Origin: a virus
Lineage: Duplodnaviria > Caudoviricetes
DNA length: 37,801 bases
Virus record (IMG/VR): IMGVR_UViG_3300048895_000147
Coordinates: 1-37,801 of that record
Strand: one strand, 5' to 3'
This document shows positions 8,326 to 16,796 of the stretch, piece after piece. The first letter of the stretch is position 1. Every line of letters starts with the position of its first letter. The position numbers and the translations under genes were made by a program. The notes beneath the pieces are model-generated. The model did no database searches. It worked only from the letters and a program-made list of their open reading frames with translations, and was not told the origin of the DNA.

Positions 8326-10341
8326 TTACGCAACATTTTGATTTGGTGCAACAGTTTCTTTGTCTGGATTTGCAGCAGGACTTATTTCGTTCAATATTTG
8401 AACCTGTTGCATGATATGCTCTAGATCCATTCCTTTTAGCTCTTTTAATGCTTTAACTACGTTTAATAGGCTTGCAGTGTCTTCTTGATGGGATTTACGT
8501 ATTTTATCGCTAGCGACTGCGTTATCCATCGTGATTTTAGCCACTCTTTCTTTTGCCAATCCTTCTTGAGAATGTGCGTACGCAACTTTAGTCATATTGT
8601 CCACTTGCATTTGCTGCATCTGCATCTGAGCCATTTTCTCTTGCTGTTCTTGCATTCCTTTCTGCTTAGCCTGTATTTTCTCAATGATACGGTCTTTATT
8701 TTGAATGGTCATAGCCTCTATGATTTCATCTATGGGCATTAGATCCGGTGCGATCTGTTGTAAGTGTAGTAGTTGAGCTAATTCGAGTTGTTGCTGTGAT
8801 TCTGTTAATGGGGCTTGAACGACTTTACAACCATATTTAAAGAAGATCTTGCTGTCAAATTCTGGTGAGGGCTCTTCGCCAATTACTTGTTTGACCTTCC
8901 CATAAGTCCAATTCTTTTGCATGAATTTGATCTCAAGGTCACCGCATAAACGTTGCGCTTCATCCGCTTGGTCAAATAACCGCGTTAGATTGCGTGAGGT
9001 CGCAGCCTGGCGCATCATCGATATAATACCAGCCTTATCGTCTACATCCATCCCCATGGAGGCAGGATCAACTCCGGAGACACGGTAGATGATGTCTTTG
9101 AGCATTTCTTCCATTTGAAGCATGACGGGCGACGGAGGCACGATCGGCATAGGTTGGACGTCATCCATACTCATTTCTGGATCAATGAATAGAGCCCGCC
9201 CATGACCTTGATTAAATGCATCGTCAGGTGTAACTAGAGCACCTTTCTTAACTTTGATTCCCTGTTGTTGTGCGTCCAATATTTCTAAATTTGAGACCTT
9301 TAATCTGTTAAATAAGTATTGTGGATCGCGAAGGTCCCTGCATATACCTCTGAACTTATATGCGTAGTAAGGTGTATCCGCTGTAAAGTATGCTAGAAGT
9401 GGAACTACAGGGTAACAATCTAAACCGTAAGGGTTGGGTTCATCTACAATCACGCGGTCATTTAGGATGATGGATCGTCTAACTGTGGGGATTTGTTTAG
9501 TGATGACTGCGAGTTTCCCTTTGAATGCACTGACAATATCTTTTAATTGTTCTTCTGTTCCTGTAAACTCCTGAGTCTCTTCCGTTTTCTTATCCACCAA
9601 ATACTTGGCTTCACGATTAGTTAAATACCAGTATTCATCAAATGCAATCAGATTAGGAAATTGGATTTGATACACTTCAGGCATGTAAAAGAATTTGTCG
9701 TCTCTATATGTACCCTTGGGCAATCGCAATATATCATCTGCGAATTGTGAGTATAATAACGCCGCTTCTTCTCTATCAAAGAATGTACGCAGCCACCAGA
9801 ACCTTGCATCACTCATATCATGCTTACGGAAATATGGGTCCCAGAGAGCCGCCTTCATATCTACATAGCGCCATCTTGGGTCAGGAGATATGGGATCTTG
9901 CGTATTATCCCCATAAAGATACATAAATCCTAGGCCTTGAACTAATCCTCCAAGTTCAAATGCATCGCTAAAAGTCTGATAAAAACCCTGTTTATGATTG
10001 TGGTATAGGCATTTAGTGAGCTGGTCCGAGGTTTTCTGTGCCCCATTATGGATGGGAACACACGCAGTCGATTTACGCGTCATCCTCTGTTGTCCGGATA
10101 TAGCCTGGACAATAGGATTCATTATGTTAAAATTCCACACTTTTCGCTTATATGTGGCTACACCAGGGAATATCAAACCCCAAATGTCCTGATCACCCAT
10201 ACAAAAGCGTTGGTCGACATCGGCCTGATACCATTGTGTTTGCAGTATGTTTATGCAATCAGAGTAGTTTTTCTCCATCGATTGACGGAGAGAAGTATTT
10301 AACCCATCCTCGGGCCAAAAAATTGGGTCATTGTTACGCAA
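8326..10341 (-). CDS. Portal protein, P22-like
   Basis: 671 aa (TTG start, GAGGT RBS). FNIMNPIVQAISGQQR, GICRDLRDPQYLFN and a Gln-rich C-terminal barrel coiled-coil; follows the terminase. Confidence 0.9.
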   Translation of the reverse strand: MRNNDPIFWPEDGLNTSLRQSMEKNYSDCINILQTQWYQADVDQRFCMGDQDIWGLIFPGVATYKRKVWNFNIMNPIVQAISGQQRMTRKSTACVPIHNGAQKTSDQLTKCLYHNHKQGFYQTFSDAFELGGLVQGLGFMYLYGDNTQDPISPDPRWRYVDMKAALWDPYFRKHDMSDARFWWLRTFFDREEAALLYSQFADDILRLPKGTYRDDKFFYMPEVYQIQFPNLIAFDEYWYLTNREAKYLVDKKTEETQEFTGTEEQLKDIVSAFKGKLAVITKQIPTVRRSIILNDRVIVDEPNPYGLDCYPVVPLLAYFTADTPYYAYKFRGICRDLRDPQYLFNRLKVSNLEILDAQQQGIKVKKGALVTPDDAFNQGHGRALFIDPEMSMDDVQPMPIVPPSPVMLQMEEMLKDIIYRVSGVDPASMGMDVDDKAGIISMMRQAATSRNLTRLFDQADEAQRLCGDLEIKFMQKNWTYGKVKQVIGEEPSPEFDSKIFFKYGCKVVQAPLTESQQQLELAQLLHLQQIAPDLMPIDEIIEAMTIQNKDRIIEKIQAKQKGMQEQQEKMAQMQMQQMQVDNMTKVAYAHSQEGLAKERVAKITMDNAVASDKIRKSHQEDTASLLNVVKALKELKGMDLEHIMQQVQILNEISPAANPDKETVAPNQNVA

Positions 10342-10397
10342 AATAATACCTCACGTTGTGAAGCCCATCTTGCGTAAAAATTTTTGTTTATTTCAAT

Positions 10398-10685
10398 TTA
10401 TTCTTTATCTGTCTTTAGGTTAGGCCTAGTCATTGCGACTATCCCTTTGCATTCATTTATCATTATCCGTAACGCGTTATAGACATTTTGAAGCTTTTCT
10501 TCTTTTTCTTTGATAATTTCTAAATTTTCTTGGTTTTCCCTGATTTTATCGATTAACTCATTAAATCTATTAACGTCTAAAAACCGCAAAATAGTGTTAA
10601 TGGATATTAACTCATCTTCTATGCGGTCTACGATTTGTTTTATTTCCGTGACTTCCTCGCAAAGATTTCTTTCTTCTTCGATCAT
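10398..10685 (-). CDS. Coiled-coil hypothetical protein
   Basis: 95 aa, ATGA-coupled to terL-C. Confidence 0.7.
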   Translation of the reverse strand: MIEEERNLCEEVTEIKQIVDRIEDELISINTILRFLDVNRFNELIDKIRENQENLEIIKEKEEKLQNVYNALRIMINECKGIVAMTRPNLKTDKE

Positions 10686-11512
10686 GAGAAATACCTATTA
10701 ATAGCTTTAAGATCGTTTTCAATGCTTCCACCCTGGGATGCTTCCATACCTTTTAACCCTACTCCTAGCATTCTAAATGCATCGCTTGCGTGGCTATGTT
10801 GATCATGTAACGGTTGATTGTGGTAACATCCTAATTTATCATCCCATAGTTTTCGATAGGCCTCTAGATGCATCAATCCTTTTCGACAATTCTTTTCATC
10901 GAAAACGCAACGACCAAGTATAGAGCGAACAATATTAATACCATCGAATATCCCCTTGCTTTCCCTAGGTAATACCACGAACTTTCCTTGTAAAACCGCT
11001 TTACATAGATCGACCCAGGTCGTCATATTCGCATCATGATTCAACCCATCGTGGGGGAAAATGTGACGCCCGAATTTATATTTCTGATCATTTAGCCAAT
11101 CGCAATAGAATGTAGCGCGTTCCCCATGATTCTCATAGAAGTTTATCAGCTTAACTTGTCCTCCCATACCTAGCTGAAAGCACCATATGCTCGTGTAATC
11201 ATGTACACCAATATCCCACGCAGTATGTACTAGGTTAGAATCATCATAAGGAACGTTACAAATGCAACCTTTTTCACGAAGTTTAGCGATTTGAGCTCCA
11301 TAGTATAATCCTTCATTTGCTGATTCAAACGCTTCATCTGCGTTCGACGGGTATTCTTGCTTCATAGAGTCGCCTAGCATGCGCTGTTTCATCTCGTACC
11401 AGCGCCGTTGCTCTTCGTCAATCTTGCGTTGTCGCTCTGATTCGATACGATTCAGATATGCGTTTGTCTCTTGGCTAACAACAATGTCCATTGTACTCAT
11501 TTCCTTTTTCAT
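10682..11512 (-). CDS. terL: Terminase large subunit, C-terminal part (lid + RNase H-like nuclease); likely start ATG at 11491 or 11500
   Basis: MKQEYPSNADEAF, AWDIGVHDYT, FPHDG and HDQHSHASDAFR nuclease motifs. Confidence 0.9.
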   Translation of the reverse strand: MKKEMSTMDIVVSQETNAYLNRIESERQRKIDEEQRRWYEMKQRMLGDSMKQEYPSNADEAFESANEGLYYGAQIAKLREKGCICNVPYDDSNLVHTAWDIGVHDYTSIWCFQLGMGGQVKLINFYENHGERATFYCDWLNDQKYKFGRHIFPHDGLNHDANMTTWVDLCKAVLQGKFVVLPRESKGIFDGINIVRSILGRCVFDEKNCRKGLMHLEAYRKLWDDKLGCYHNQPLHDQHSHASDAFRMLGVGLKGMEASQGGSIENDLKAINRYFS

Positions 11513-11735
11513 ACTTTTTTTTAAATCTTTCTATGTCATCATCCATAGCACTATTTAGAATGTTTTCCAATTCTTTAGGATCAGATAGTTTTATGGATTC
11601 CCATGTACCTAAACAAAAATCTATGTATTTTTCTTTATCAAAACCTTGTTTTTCCAATGTTAACGCCACTTTCATAGAGGCTATAATTAAAACTCTTACG
11701 TCCATTGGTAATTTATCTAAATTTAACTGATCCAT
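11475..11735 (-). CDS. Hypothetical 86-aa protein inserted between the two terL halves
   Basis: Own RBS (AAGGAAG), different frame from terL, no terminase-like sequence. Confidence 0.7.
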   Translation of the reverse strand: MDQLNLDKLPMDVRVLIIASMKVALTLEKQGFDKEKYIDFCLGTWESIKLSDPKELENILNSAMDDDIERFKKKYEKGNEYNGHCC

Positions 11736-11743
11736 ATCTTCCT

Positions 11744-12436
11744 TTATTTTAACCTATATTCAGGTTCATCCATCCAGCTGAGAAAGTGAAACTTGAAATC
11801 CATTTTGGTTAATTTCCTTCCGCTATCCCGCACCTTACGTGCTTCCGTGCATAATGAATAAAAGTAACCCTGTCTACCCTCTGCGGTGCTTTCTACAACA
11901 ACGACCTGATCCTCAGCTACCGTGTTTAAACTTCCTGTCATTATCTCTTTAGCTGCATCCGGTGACTGACAGCAGATTTTTCCATATTCGCTAACTAACA
12001 ACCTGTTGCACGTGCCAGAGCGAAAACCCGTGCTTACACGATAGTTAGAGCCATTCTCAAACATTAACTCGCCCGCACGATCATTCCTAGCTCTATTTAT
12101 TGCTCTAGTCCATGGTGGCATATTGTCATAAGCAAATTTAACCTTTGATCTAAATATGTTCTCCGCATCTTCTCGACGGTGCGCAATAATCCCAGCCGTC
12201 ATATTCTCTTGCCAAAAGCAATCGTCAAGGAAATCTATTGCCCAAAATGTTGTGCATCCTAATTGCCTAGCCTTTAGTATGATGGTTTTATTCCAACGGT
12301 CATTGTGAAGCTGGTTTTGGACAAAATTTAGAGAGAACGGAACTTTATTTCCTGATTTATCAATGACATAATATAGGTTTTCTAGTCGAGATTTCTTGTC
12401 TAGTAGGGTTTCAATATCCGGTGGCGTTTCCCACAT
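11744..12436 (-). CDS. terL: Terminase large subunit, N-terminal ATPase part
   Basis: LNFVQ adenine-binding motif, ILKARQLGCTT Walker A, LLVSEYG Walker B, ESTAEG coupling motif. Confidence 0.92.
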   Translation of the reverse strand: MWETPPDIETLLDKKSRLENLYYVIDKSGNKVPFSLNFVQNQLHNDRWNKTIILKARQLGCTTFWAIDFLDDCFWQENMTAGIIAHRREDAENIFRSKVKFAYDNMPPWTRAINRARNDRAGELMFENGSNYRVSTGFRSGTCNRLLVSEYGKICCQSPDAAKEIMTGSLNTVAEDQVVVVESTAEGRQGYFYSLCTEARKVRDSGRKLTKMDFKFHFLSWMDEPEYRLK

Positions 12437-12885
12437 TAGATTTCATCTTTTTCTTTCTTTTTTATGAGATTGGAAATTAATTCAGAAGCCGCCTTTGAGG
12501 ATATGGAAGATTCTTCTTTATCAGTATCCTTATAGCCTTCGTGACTACGTGCTAACATAAATCTAGCATGTGCACCATCTGCTTTTTTCCAGAAGGGGTA
12601 TTTATTTAATCGACTTTCTTGTATGGATTTTGCTTGGGAATAGTATTCAGCAAACACAGGGTATCTTTCTTTCAATTTATCAACATGGCGCTTACCAATT
12701 CCTCTGTATATAAAAAAATCCTGAAACCAAACCTCCATCGGATTTTCTATAAACCACATCACCATTTCTTTACCAAGTTTGATCAGTTCCTCTTGAGTAT
12801 AAGCATCTTCGGGTTTTCCTAAATAACCAAGTAACCCCCCCTTTTCACATCCTGCATAGGGTAAATGCCCTTTTGGAGCTGCCAT
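12436..12885 (-). CDS. terS: Terminase small subunit
   Basis: MAAPKGH start, TAATG coupling to terL, size and helical character. Confidence 0.75.
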   Translation of the reverse strand: MAAPKGHLPYAGCEKGGLLGYLGKPEDAYTQEELIKLGKEMVMWFIENPMEVWFQDFFIYRGIGKRHVDKLKERYPVFAEYYSQAKSIQESRLNKYPFWKKADGAHARFMLARSHEGYKDTDKEESSISSKAASELISNLIKKKEKDEI

Positions 12886-12910
12886 AACGTACCTCTTTTG
12901 TTAAAACAAC

Positions 12911-12939
12911 ACAATACATGAGTAACAAAGAAGTTTCAA
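12911..12939 (-). promoter_or_regulatory. Putative promoter of the packaging/late operon
   Basis: Minus strand TTGAAA-17 nt-TATTGT just upstream of terS. Confidence 0.45.
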
Positions 12940-12955
12940 TAATTTGTTTTATGTT

Positions 12956-13066
12956 TTAATGCACCCATGTAATGAACCCCTTGCATATCGTACACCAAAT
13001 GGTACCGTGGGGCCATGCTATGGAATATCTGTTTCCACAGTGACAGAGTATGGTTTGTTCACGCAT
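12956..13066 (-). CDS. Zinc-ribbon microprotein (36 aa, MREQTILCHCGNRYSIAWPHGTIWCTICKGFITWVH)
   Basis: Hand translated; AGGT RBS; CxC...CxxC. Confidence 0.55.
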   Translation of the reverse strand: MREQTILCHCGNRYSIAWPHGTIWCTICKGFITWVH

Positions 13067-13077
13067 AATTTACCTAT

Positions 13078-13113
13078 AAAAATCGCCCGTTTTTGTGCAA
13101 CCAGGCAACGGGC
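13078..13113 (-). terminator. Intrinsic terminator-like hairpin
   Basis: Minus strand GCCCGTT...AACGGGC followed by GATTTTT. Confidence 0.5.
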
Positions 13114-13180
13114 AGCCTATGGGGGAACTCGACATTTACACCACTATCAAAATGTAAACGTATATTGTGCCCAATCATTT

Positions 13181-13393
13181 TTATTTCTTCTCTTTTTTTT
13201 CTTTACATTTCTCTTTAGATCGGTCTCTAGATGCTGCGCTATCGATGATTGGTTTAGGGGTTTTGTGCTTTCTTCCGTTAATATCAACCAATCCGTAATT
13301 ATCAACGATATAGGTATGTGTTGATGGATTGTAGGTTACACATGCATGTAAACTAGAAAATGTTAGAGCGAGTACAAGAATTAATGCTTTCAT
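13181..13393 (-). CDS. Small exported protein with signal peptide (possible lipoprotein) and basic tail
   Basis: MKALILVLALTFSSLHAC; AGGAGG RBS. Confidence 0.7.
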   Translation of the reverse strand: MKALILVLALTFSSLHACVTYNPSTHTYIVDNYGLVDINGRKHKTPKPIIDSAASRDRSKEKCKEKKEKK

Positions 13394-13395
13394 TA

Positions 13396-13548
13396 TTAAA
13401 CCTCCTTAATGATGTTGTCGAGTTCATCGTATATAATTTCAAGAATTTTGTCGCCTGTTCCTGCATAAATACCGATTCGTTTTTTTAGAGATAGCAGTCT
13501 ATCAAAAAATATCCTTAGTTCAGGTGACGCTTTTTCTTCTTCTGTCAT
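13396..13548 (-). CDS. Hypothetical protein (50 aa, MTEEEKASPELRIFFDRL...)
   Basis: Hand translated; fills the operon gap; AAGGA RBS. Confidence 0.65.
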   Translation of the reverse strand: MTEEEKASPELRIFFDRLLSLKKRIGIYAGTGDKILEIIYDELDNIIKEV

Positions 13549-13549
13549 G

Positions 13550-13732
13550 TTAATCCTTTATGGTTTTCCTTATGATCACAAGATTTTCTATGGAATAGTC
13601 GGTTCGATCACCGCTAATATTATGTACGAACTCTCCTTTTTCTAGGGGACGTCCCAAATGTTCTTCCATAACGTGCCTATGAATGCGTTGTTTTATACCG
13701 TTAATGGTTTTATGAGGATATCGTTTTTTCAC
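13550..13732 (-). CDS. Short, degenerate HNH endonuclease-like protein
   Basis: IHRHVMEEHLGRPL...VHNISGDRTDYSIENL resembles HNH_3, with the catalytic His and Asn altered. Confidence 0.7.
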   Translation of the reverse strand: MKKRYPHKTINGIKQRIHRHVMEEHLGRPLEKGEFVHNISGDRTDYSIENLVIIRKTIKD

Positions 13733-14385
13733 AATATAACCCGAATAGGTTCGTTCACATGCTCATAGTTCTCGTTAACAATGCTACAATTGACTGAGAG
13801 CATCATTTTATCGTTGTGTGTCGGGAAAACCTCTTTCTGTCCATATGATTCATGGATGTGACCGAAAACATGTAATCTAGGCCGGCCAACGTATTTTAAC
13901 CATCCGTACAGGCCTTTGCTCCCCACATGACGGTCATCTCTAGTTTCATCCAGTATGCTATATGCTGGCCCGTGAGTAATCAAAATGTCTGTATCACTAG
14001 GGATTTTATCATATGCATCCATGAGTTTATTTTCATTACCTGTGAACGCACTACATTTTGGATTGATTCCAGGAAACCACAAAGACCATGGTGATCCCCA
14101 TATTTTAAGTCCTTCGAATTCTGTTCCTGAGTCGCATAGATATGTGCACTCCATTGGGCCAATTTCTGTGGTCACACCTGATGAAACATTTTTTTCCATG
14201 TAGCCGTCATGATTTCCAGCTATAACAATTTTCATTCTATAGTGTTGTTTTTTTAGCCATGATGAAAATTCTACATGTTGATCATGCGTATCCCTACCGG
14301 TCAAATCACCTGCCACAATCAAAAGATCTCCTCTATCTAGTTTAGGGTAGTAGCCATGTAGGTCGCTGATACAGGTAATTTCCAC
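13729..14385 (-). CDS. Calcineurin-like metallophosphoesterase
   Basis: SDLHG, AGDLT, AGNHD, THGP and FGHIHE motifs. Confidence 0.93.
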   Translation of the reverse strand: MEITCISDLHGYYPKLDRGDLLIVAGDLTGRDTHDQHVEFSSWLKKQHYRMKIVIAGNHDGYMEKNVSSGVTTEIGPMECTYLCDSGTEFEGLKIWGSPWSLWFPGINPKCSAFTGNENKLMDAYDKIPSDTDILITHGPAYSILDETRDDRHVGSKGLYGWLKYVGRPRLHVFGHIHESYGQKEVFPTHNDKMMLSVNCSIVNENYEHVNEPIRVIL

Positions 14386-14954
14386 TACGAAACCTTTTCT
14401 TCTTTCATGTATTTGTAAATGCTCTCTCTAGAAACTCCTAGCTCTTTAGCGATCTGAGTTTTCGTTTTCCTAGTAGTTGCGAGTTGTTCTTTTATCAGTT
14501 GGACCTTTAACGGTGCAAGAGGTTTTCCTCCTTTGAATTTGCCTTCCTTTTGGGCCTTCCTGATGCCTATCATCATCCTCTCTCTTGCTAACGCTGAAAA
14601 GAAATGAATGAACGACTTCATCATATCATAAGCGAGCTTGCTCATGAGGTCATTCTTTTTACCCAGGATGATTCCCTCTCTAACAAAACGTATCTCCACT
14701 CCCTTACCTACAAGGTACTCGACTATATCATCCAAATCGTCACCATTACGGCCTAACCTGTCCATGCATTCAACGAAAACTATATCGTCATCTCGAACAT
14801 ATTCTTTTAACGCCGCGAGTTGGTGCCTGTTTTTTACTGAGAATCCCGTTTCAATCTCAACGAAACATTTATCCAACTCGATTCCGCCTAGCTGGCTGTC
14901 GGGATTCTGCTCGTCTGTGCTGACTCTTTTATAGCCTATGCGTTTACCTGTCAT
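14385..14954 (-). CDS. Small serine recombinase (TnpR-like resolvase/invertase)
   Basis: Start re-called to MTGKRIGYKRVSTDEQ; catalytic RVS, DRLGR, C-terminal HTH (KTQIAKELGVSRESIYKY). Confidence 0.92.
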   Translation of the reverse strand: MTGKRIGYKRVSTDEQNPDSQLGGIELDKCFVEIETGFSVKNRHQLAALKEYVRDDDIVFVECMDRLGRNGDDLDDIVEYLVGKGVEIRFVREGIILGKKNDLMSKLAYDMMKSFIHFFSALARERMMIGIRKAQKEGKFKGGKPLAPLKVQLIKEQLATTRKTKTQIAKELGVSRESIYKYMKEEKVS

Positions 14955-15063
14955 AATAAGTACCATAGAAACCCAATACCTAAAAAACAAAATATATAGT
15001 TACCAGAATATAGTCCGAAAAATATGAATCCATATGCCGCTACTCTATTCAAAAGGTTATCAC

Positions 15064-15246
15064 TCATTTCTTATTTCTCTCTTCTAGAGCACATAGCCGC
15101 CCATGAAAACTCTTCATTTCTACCTGAATAGATTCAACGATCCTACACGTATGAAGAAAATCGGTTCTCGATTGCCTAACCGACCATAGAAAAAGAGCCA
15201 TGTTTCCCGCTAATATTGTTAAAACTTGTGTCCAATCCATGTTCAT
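15064..15246 (-). CDS. Small N-terminal membrane anchor + coiled-coil protein (MDWTQ paralog 2)
   Basis: MDWTQVLTILAGNMALFLW...EMKSFHGRLCALEERNKK. Confidence 0.8.
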   Translation of the reverse strand: MNMDWTQVLTILAGNMALFLWSVRQSRTDFLHTCRIVESIQVEMKSFHGRLCALEERNKK

Positions 15247-15428
15247 GTCCTATTTTTTTCTTCCAGTTCTTTAATTCCATTCTTCATTTCTTCTATTTCA
15301 TTCATTAAATATTTTATTAAAGTGAAAACATTTTTCATGTCATATGTTTTAGCGCTTGTTGTTTCATATTCAGTATGATATCTCAACAGATGTTCTGCCA
15401 TTTCTTTGTTTATTTTAGTCATTTTCAA
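15243..15428 (-). CDS. Small coiled-coil protein
   Basis: 61 aa ending IKELEEKNRT; ATGA-coupled. Confidence 0.65.
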   Translation of the reverse strand: MKMTKINKEMAEHLLRYHTEYETTSAKTYDMKNVFTLIKYLMNEIEEMKNGIKELEEKNRT

Positions 15429-15444
15429 CCTAGGCGTTTACCGG

Positions 15445-15642
15445 TCATTTTTTATTTCTCTGCTCGATAATGCAAAGCCTAGCGTGGAAATCCTTCATCT
15501 CATCATGGATAGCTCGAACTAACTCGCGTGTCGATTCCATTTTAGCATCCATGTGGCGCCAATCGGTTCGCGATTCGGTCCTATTCCAAATGAACAAACC
15601 AAATACCCCGATAAAAAAAATTACAAATTGTGTCCAATCCAT
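15445..15642 (-). CDS. Small N-terminal membrane anchor + coiled-coil protein (MDWTQ paralog 1)
   Basis: MDWTQFVIFFIGVFGLFIW...EMKDFHARLCIIEQRNKK. Confidence 0.8.
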   Translation of the reverse strand: MDWTQFVIFFIGVFGLFIWNRTESRTDWRHMDAKMESTRELVRAIHDEMKDFHARLCIIEQRNKK

Positions 15643-15652
15643 TTTTCACGTC

Positions 15653-15877
15653 CTATTTCTTGTTGTAGTTGTCCAAAACAAATCGATAAAGCGCATCCTT
15701 GCTTCGTCTTTCTTCTCTTAGTTCATCCGCAATCCTATGCACATCTCCCGCAATGGAATCTATTTTCATTTCTAAGCGTTTTTCCATAAGTCCGAAAACC
15801 CAAAAGATAAAACCACAAAGGCCACCTAATACGGCTGATGTTGCTAAAATTCCTTGTATAAATTCATTCACGGGCAA
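15653..15877 (-). CDS. Small N-terminal membrane anchor + coiled-coil protein (likely GTG start at 15871)
   Basis: Hydrophobic ILATSAVLGGLCGFIFWVF then heptads ending ...YNKK. Confidence 0.75.
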   Translation of the reverse strand: MPVNEFIQGILATSAVLGGLCGFIFWVFGLMEKRLEMKIDSIAGDVHRIADELREERRSKDALYRFVLDNYNKK

Positions 15878-15918
15878 TCCTATTCGATCCGATGATTGTT
15901 AAAAGTTGTATCCATGTC

Positions 15919-16095
15919 TCATTCATTTGAATTTCCTGTAATGCGAGTTCTGATTAAATATACCTGTTTTTCATCCATAGATAACGCTTGTGCAATTTCA
16001 GAATCATTTCGCTTCATTTTTTCTCTCATCCATGTGATGCATTTTATCCTAGCTTCCAAAAAAACTCCCCAAGGATGAGGTTCTTCCATTTTCAT
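15919..16095 (-). CDS. Small HTH-like protein (58 aa, MKMEEPHPWGVFLEARIKC...DSEIAQALSMDEKQVYLI...)
   Basis: Hand translated; first ORF after the promoter at 16122-16151; SEIAQALSMDEKQV resembles an HTH. Confidence 0.6.
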   Translation of the reverse strand: MKMEEPHPWGVFLEARIKCITWMREKMKRNDSEIAQALSMDEKQVYLIRTRITGNSNE

Positions 16096-16121
16096 GTTCC
16101 ATGTTCTGAGTTTGTTGGTTA

Positions 16122-16151
16122 ATCATAAGGGATGGTGCTACATTTTGTCAA
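16122..16151 (-). promoter_or_regulatory. Near-consensus sigma70-type promoter
   Basis: Minus strand TTGACA-18 nt-TATGAT. Confidence 0.7.
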
Positions 16152-16228
16152 ATGGAATTATTCGAACCCTGAAAATACATTCAACGATATATTTAAAATT
16201 TGCGTGTTACTTGTCTGAGGAGAGTACC

Positions 16229-16372
16229 CTATTTGGACATTCTATTGCGTTCAATTTCACAAAAACATTCGGAACATAAATAAAATTCTTTAAGATCTTG
16301 ATCACGGAAAATGCAATAATCCCAATATTGGGTAAAATTCACTAAGCAATAGCTACAAAACTTATTTTCCAT
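16229..16372 (-). CDS. Zinc-ribbon microprotein (47 aa)
   Basis: Start re-called to MENKFCSYC (GAGG RBS); CSYC...CSEC. Confidence 0.65.
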   Translation of the reverse strand: MENKFCSYCLVNFTQYWDYCIFRDQDLKEFYLCSECFCEIERNRMSK

Positions 16373-16389
16373 CCTCACCCCTTTTTTTC

Positions 16390-16530
16390 TTAATCCTCTT
16401 CGTCCCATCCGGGAAATTCTCGGTCTGCGCATTCTTCACAACATTGAACTTGCGTTCCATCATCAAGTTCCAAAATAGGGGTAGTCATAAAACTGTGTAA
16501 TTCCTTTTCGCATATATGGCAATTATCCAT
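16390..16530 (-). CDS. Zinc-ribbon microprotein (46 aa, MDNCHICEKE...CCEECADREFPGWDEED)
   Basis: Hand translated; CHIC...CEEC. Confidence 0.65.
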   Translation of the reverse strand: MDNCHICEKELHSFMTTPILELDDGTQVQCCEECADREFPGWDEED

Positions 16531-16532
16531 CC

Positions 16533-16796
16533 TCAACCCTTTTTTTCATCGTTATAGTCTCCATCTGGTGTTAGATCATGCAAAATTTTGTTATACTTAC
16601 CGTTTTCAGGCCGATATGTGATCATCATTTTTTCATCTGTAGGGTCGTCGATCATGATATTTCCGCATTGAGGACACTCGAAAACATTAATGGGTTCACC
16701 CTCTTCATGAATCCAATCGTCCCCTCTAAATAACGATCCATCATAACCGCACGTGTCGGAATGAATGAATCCGCATTCGCACGCAATTTTACCCAT
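16533..16796 (-). CDS. Zinc-ribbon protein
   Basis: CECG...CPQCG. Confidence 0.75.
   Translation of the reverse strand: MGKIACECGFIHSDTCGYDGSLFRGDDWIHEEGEPINVFECPQCGNIMIDDPTDEKMMITYRPENGKYNKILHDLTPDGDYNDEKKG

Noticed and set aside
11513-11526. -1 frameshift at TTTAAAAAAAAG fusing the 86-aa ORF to terL-C
   Set aside because: terL-C is in the +1 frame relative to that ORF, so a standard -1 slip would not join them.
11475-11743. Group I intron, intein or homing endonuclease in terL
   Set aside because: The insert is short and AT-rich with no visible P/Q/R/S core, no intein C...HN ends, and no HNH/LAGLIDADG/GIY-YIG motif.
13090-13145. Second tRNA-like sequence
   Set aside because: No T-loop or cloverleaf; the GC-rich part is explained by a terminator-like hairpin.
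13550-13732. Active HNH homing or packaging nuclease
   Set aside because: Only 60 aa, with the conserved HH and N positions changed (VHNISG, DYSIENL); likely degenerate.
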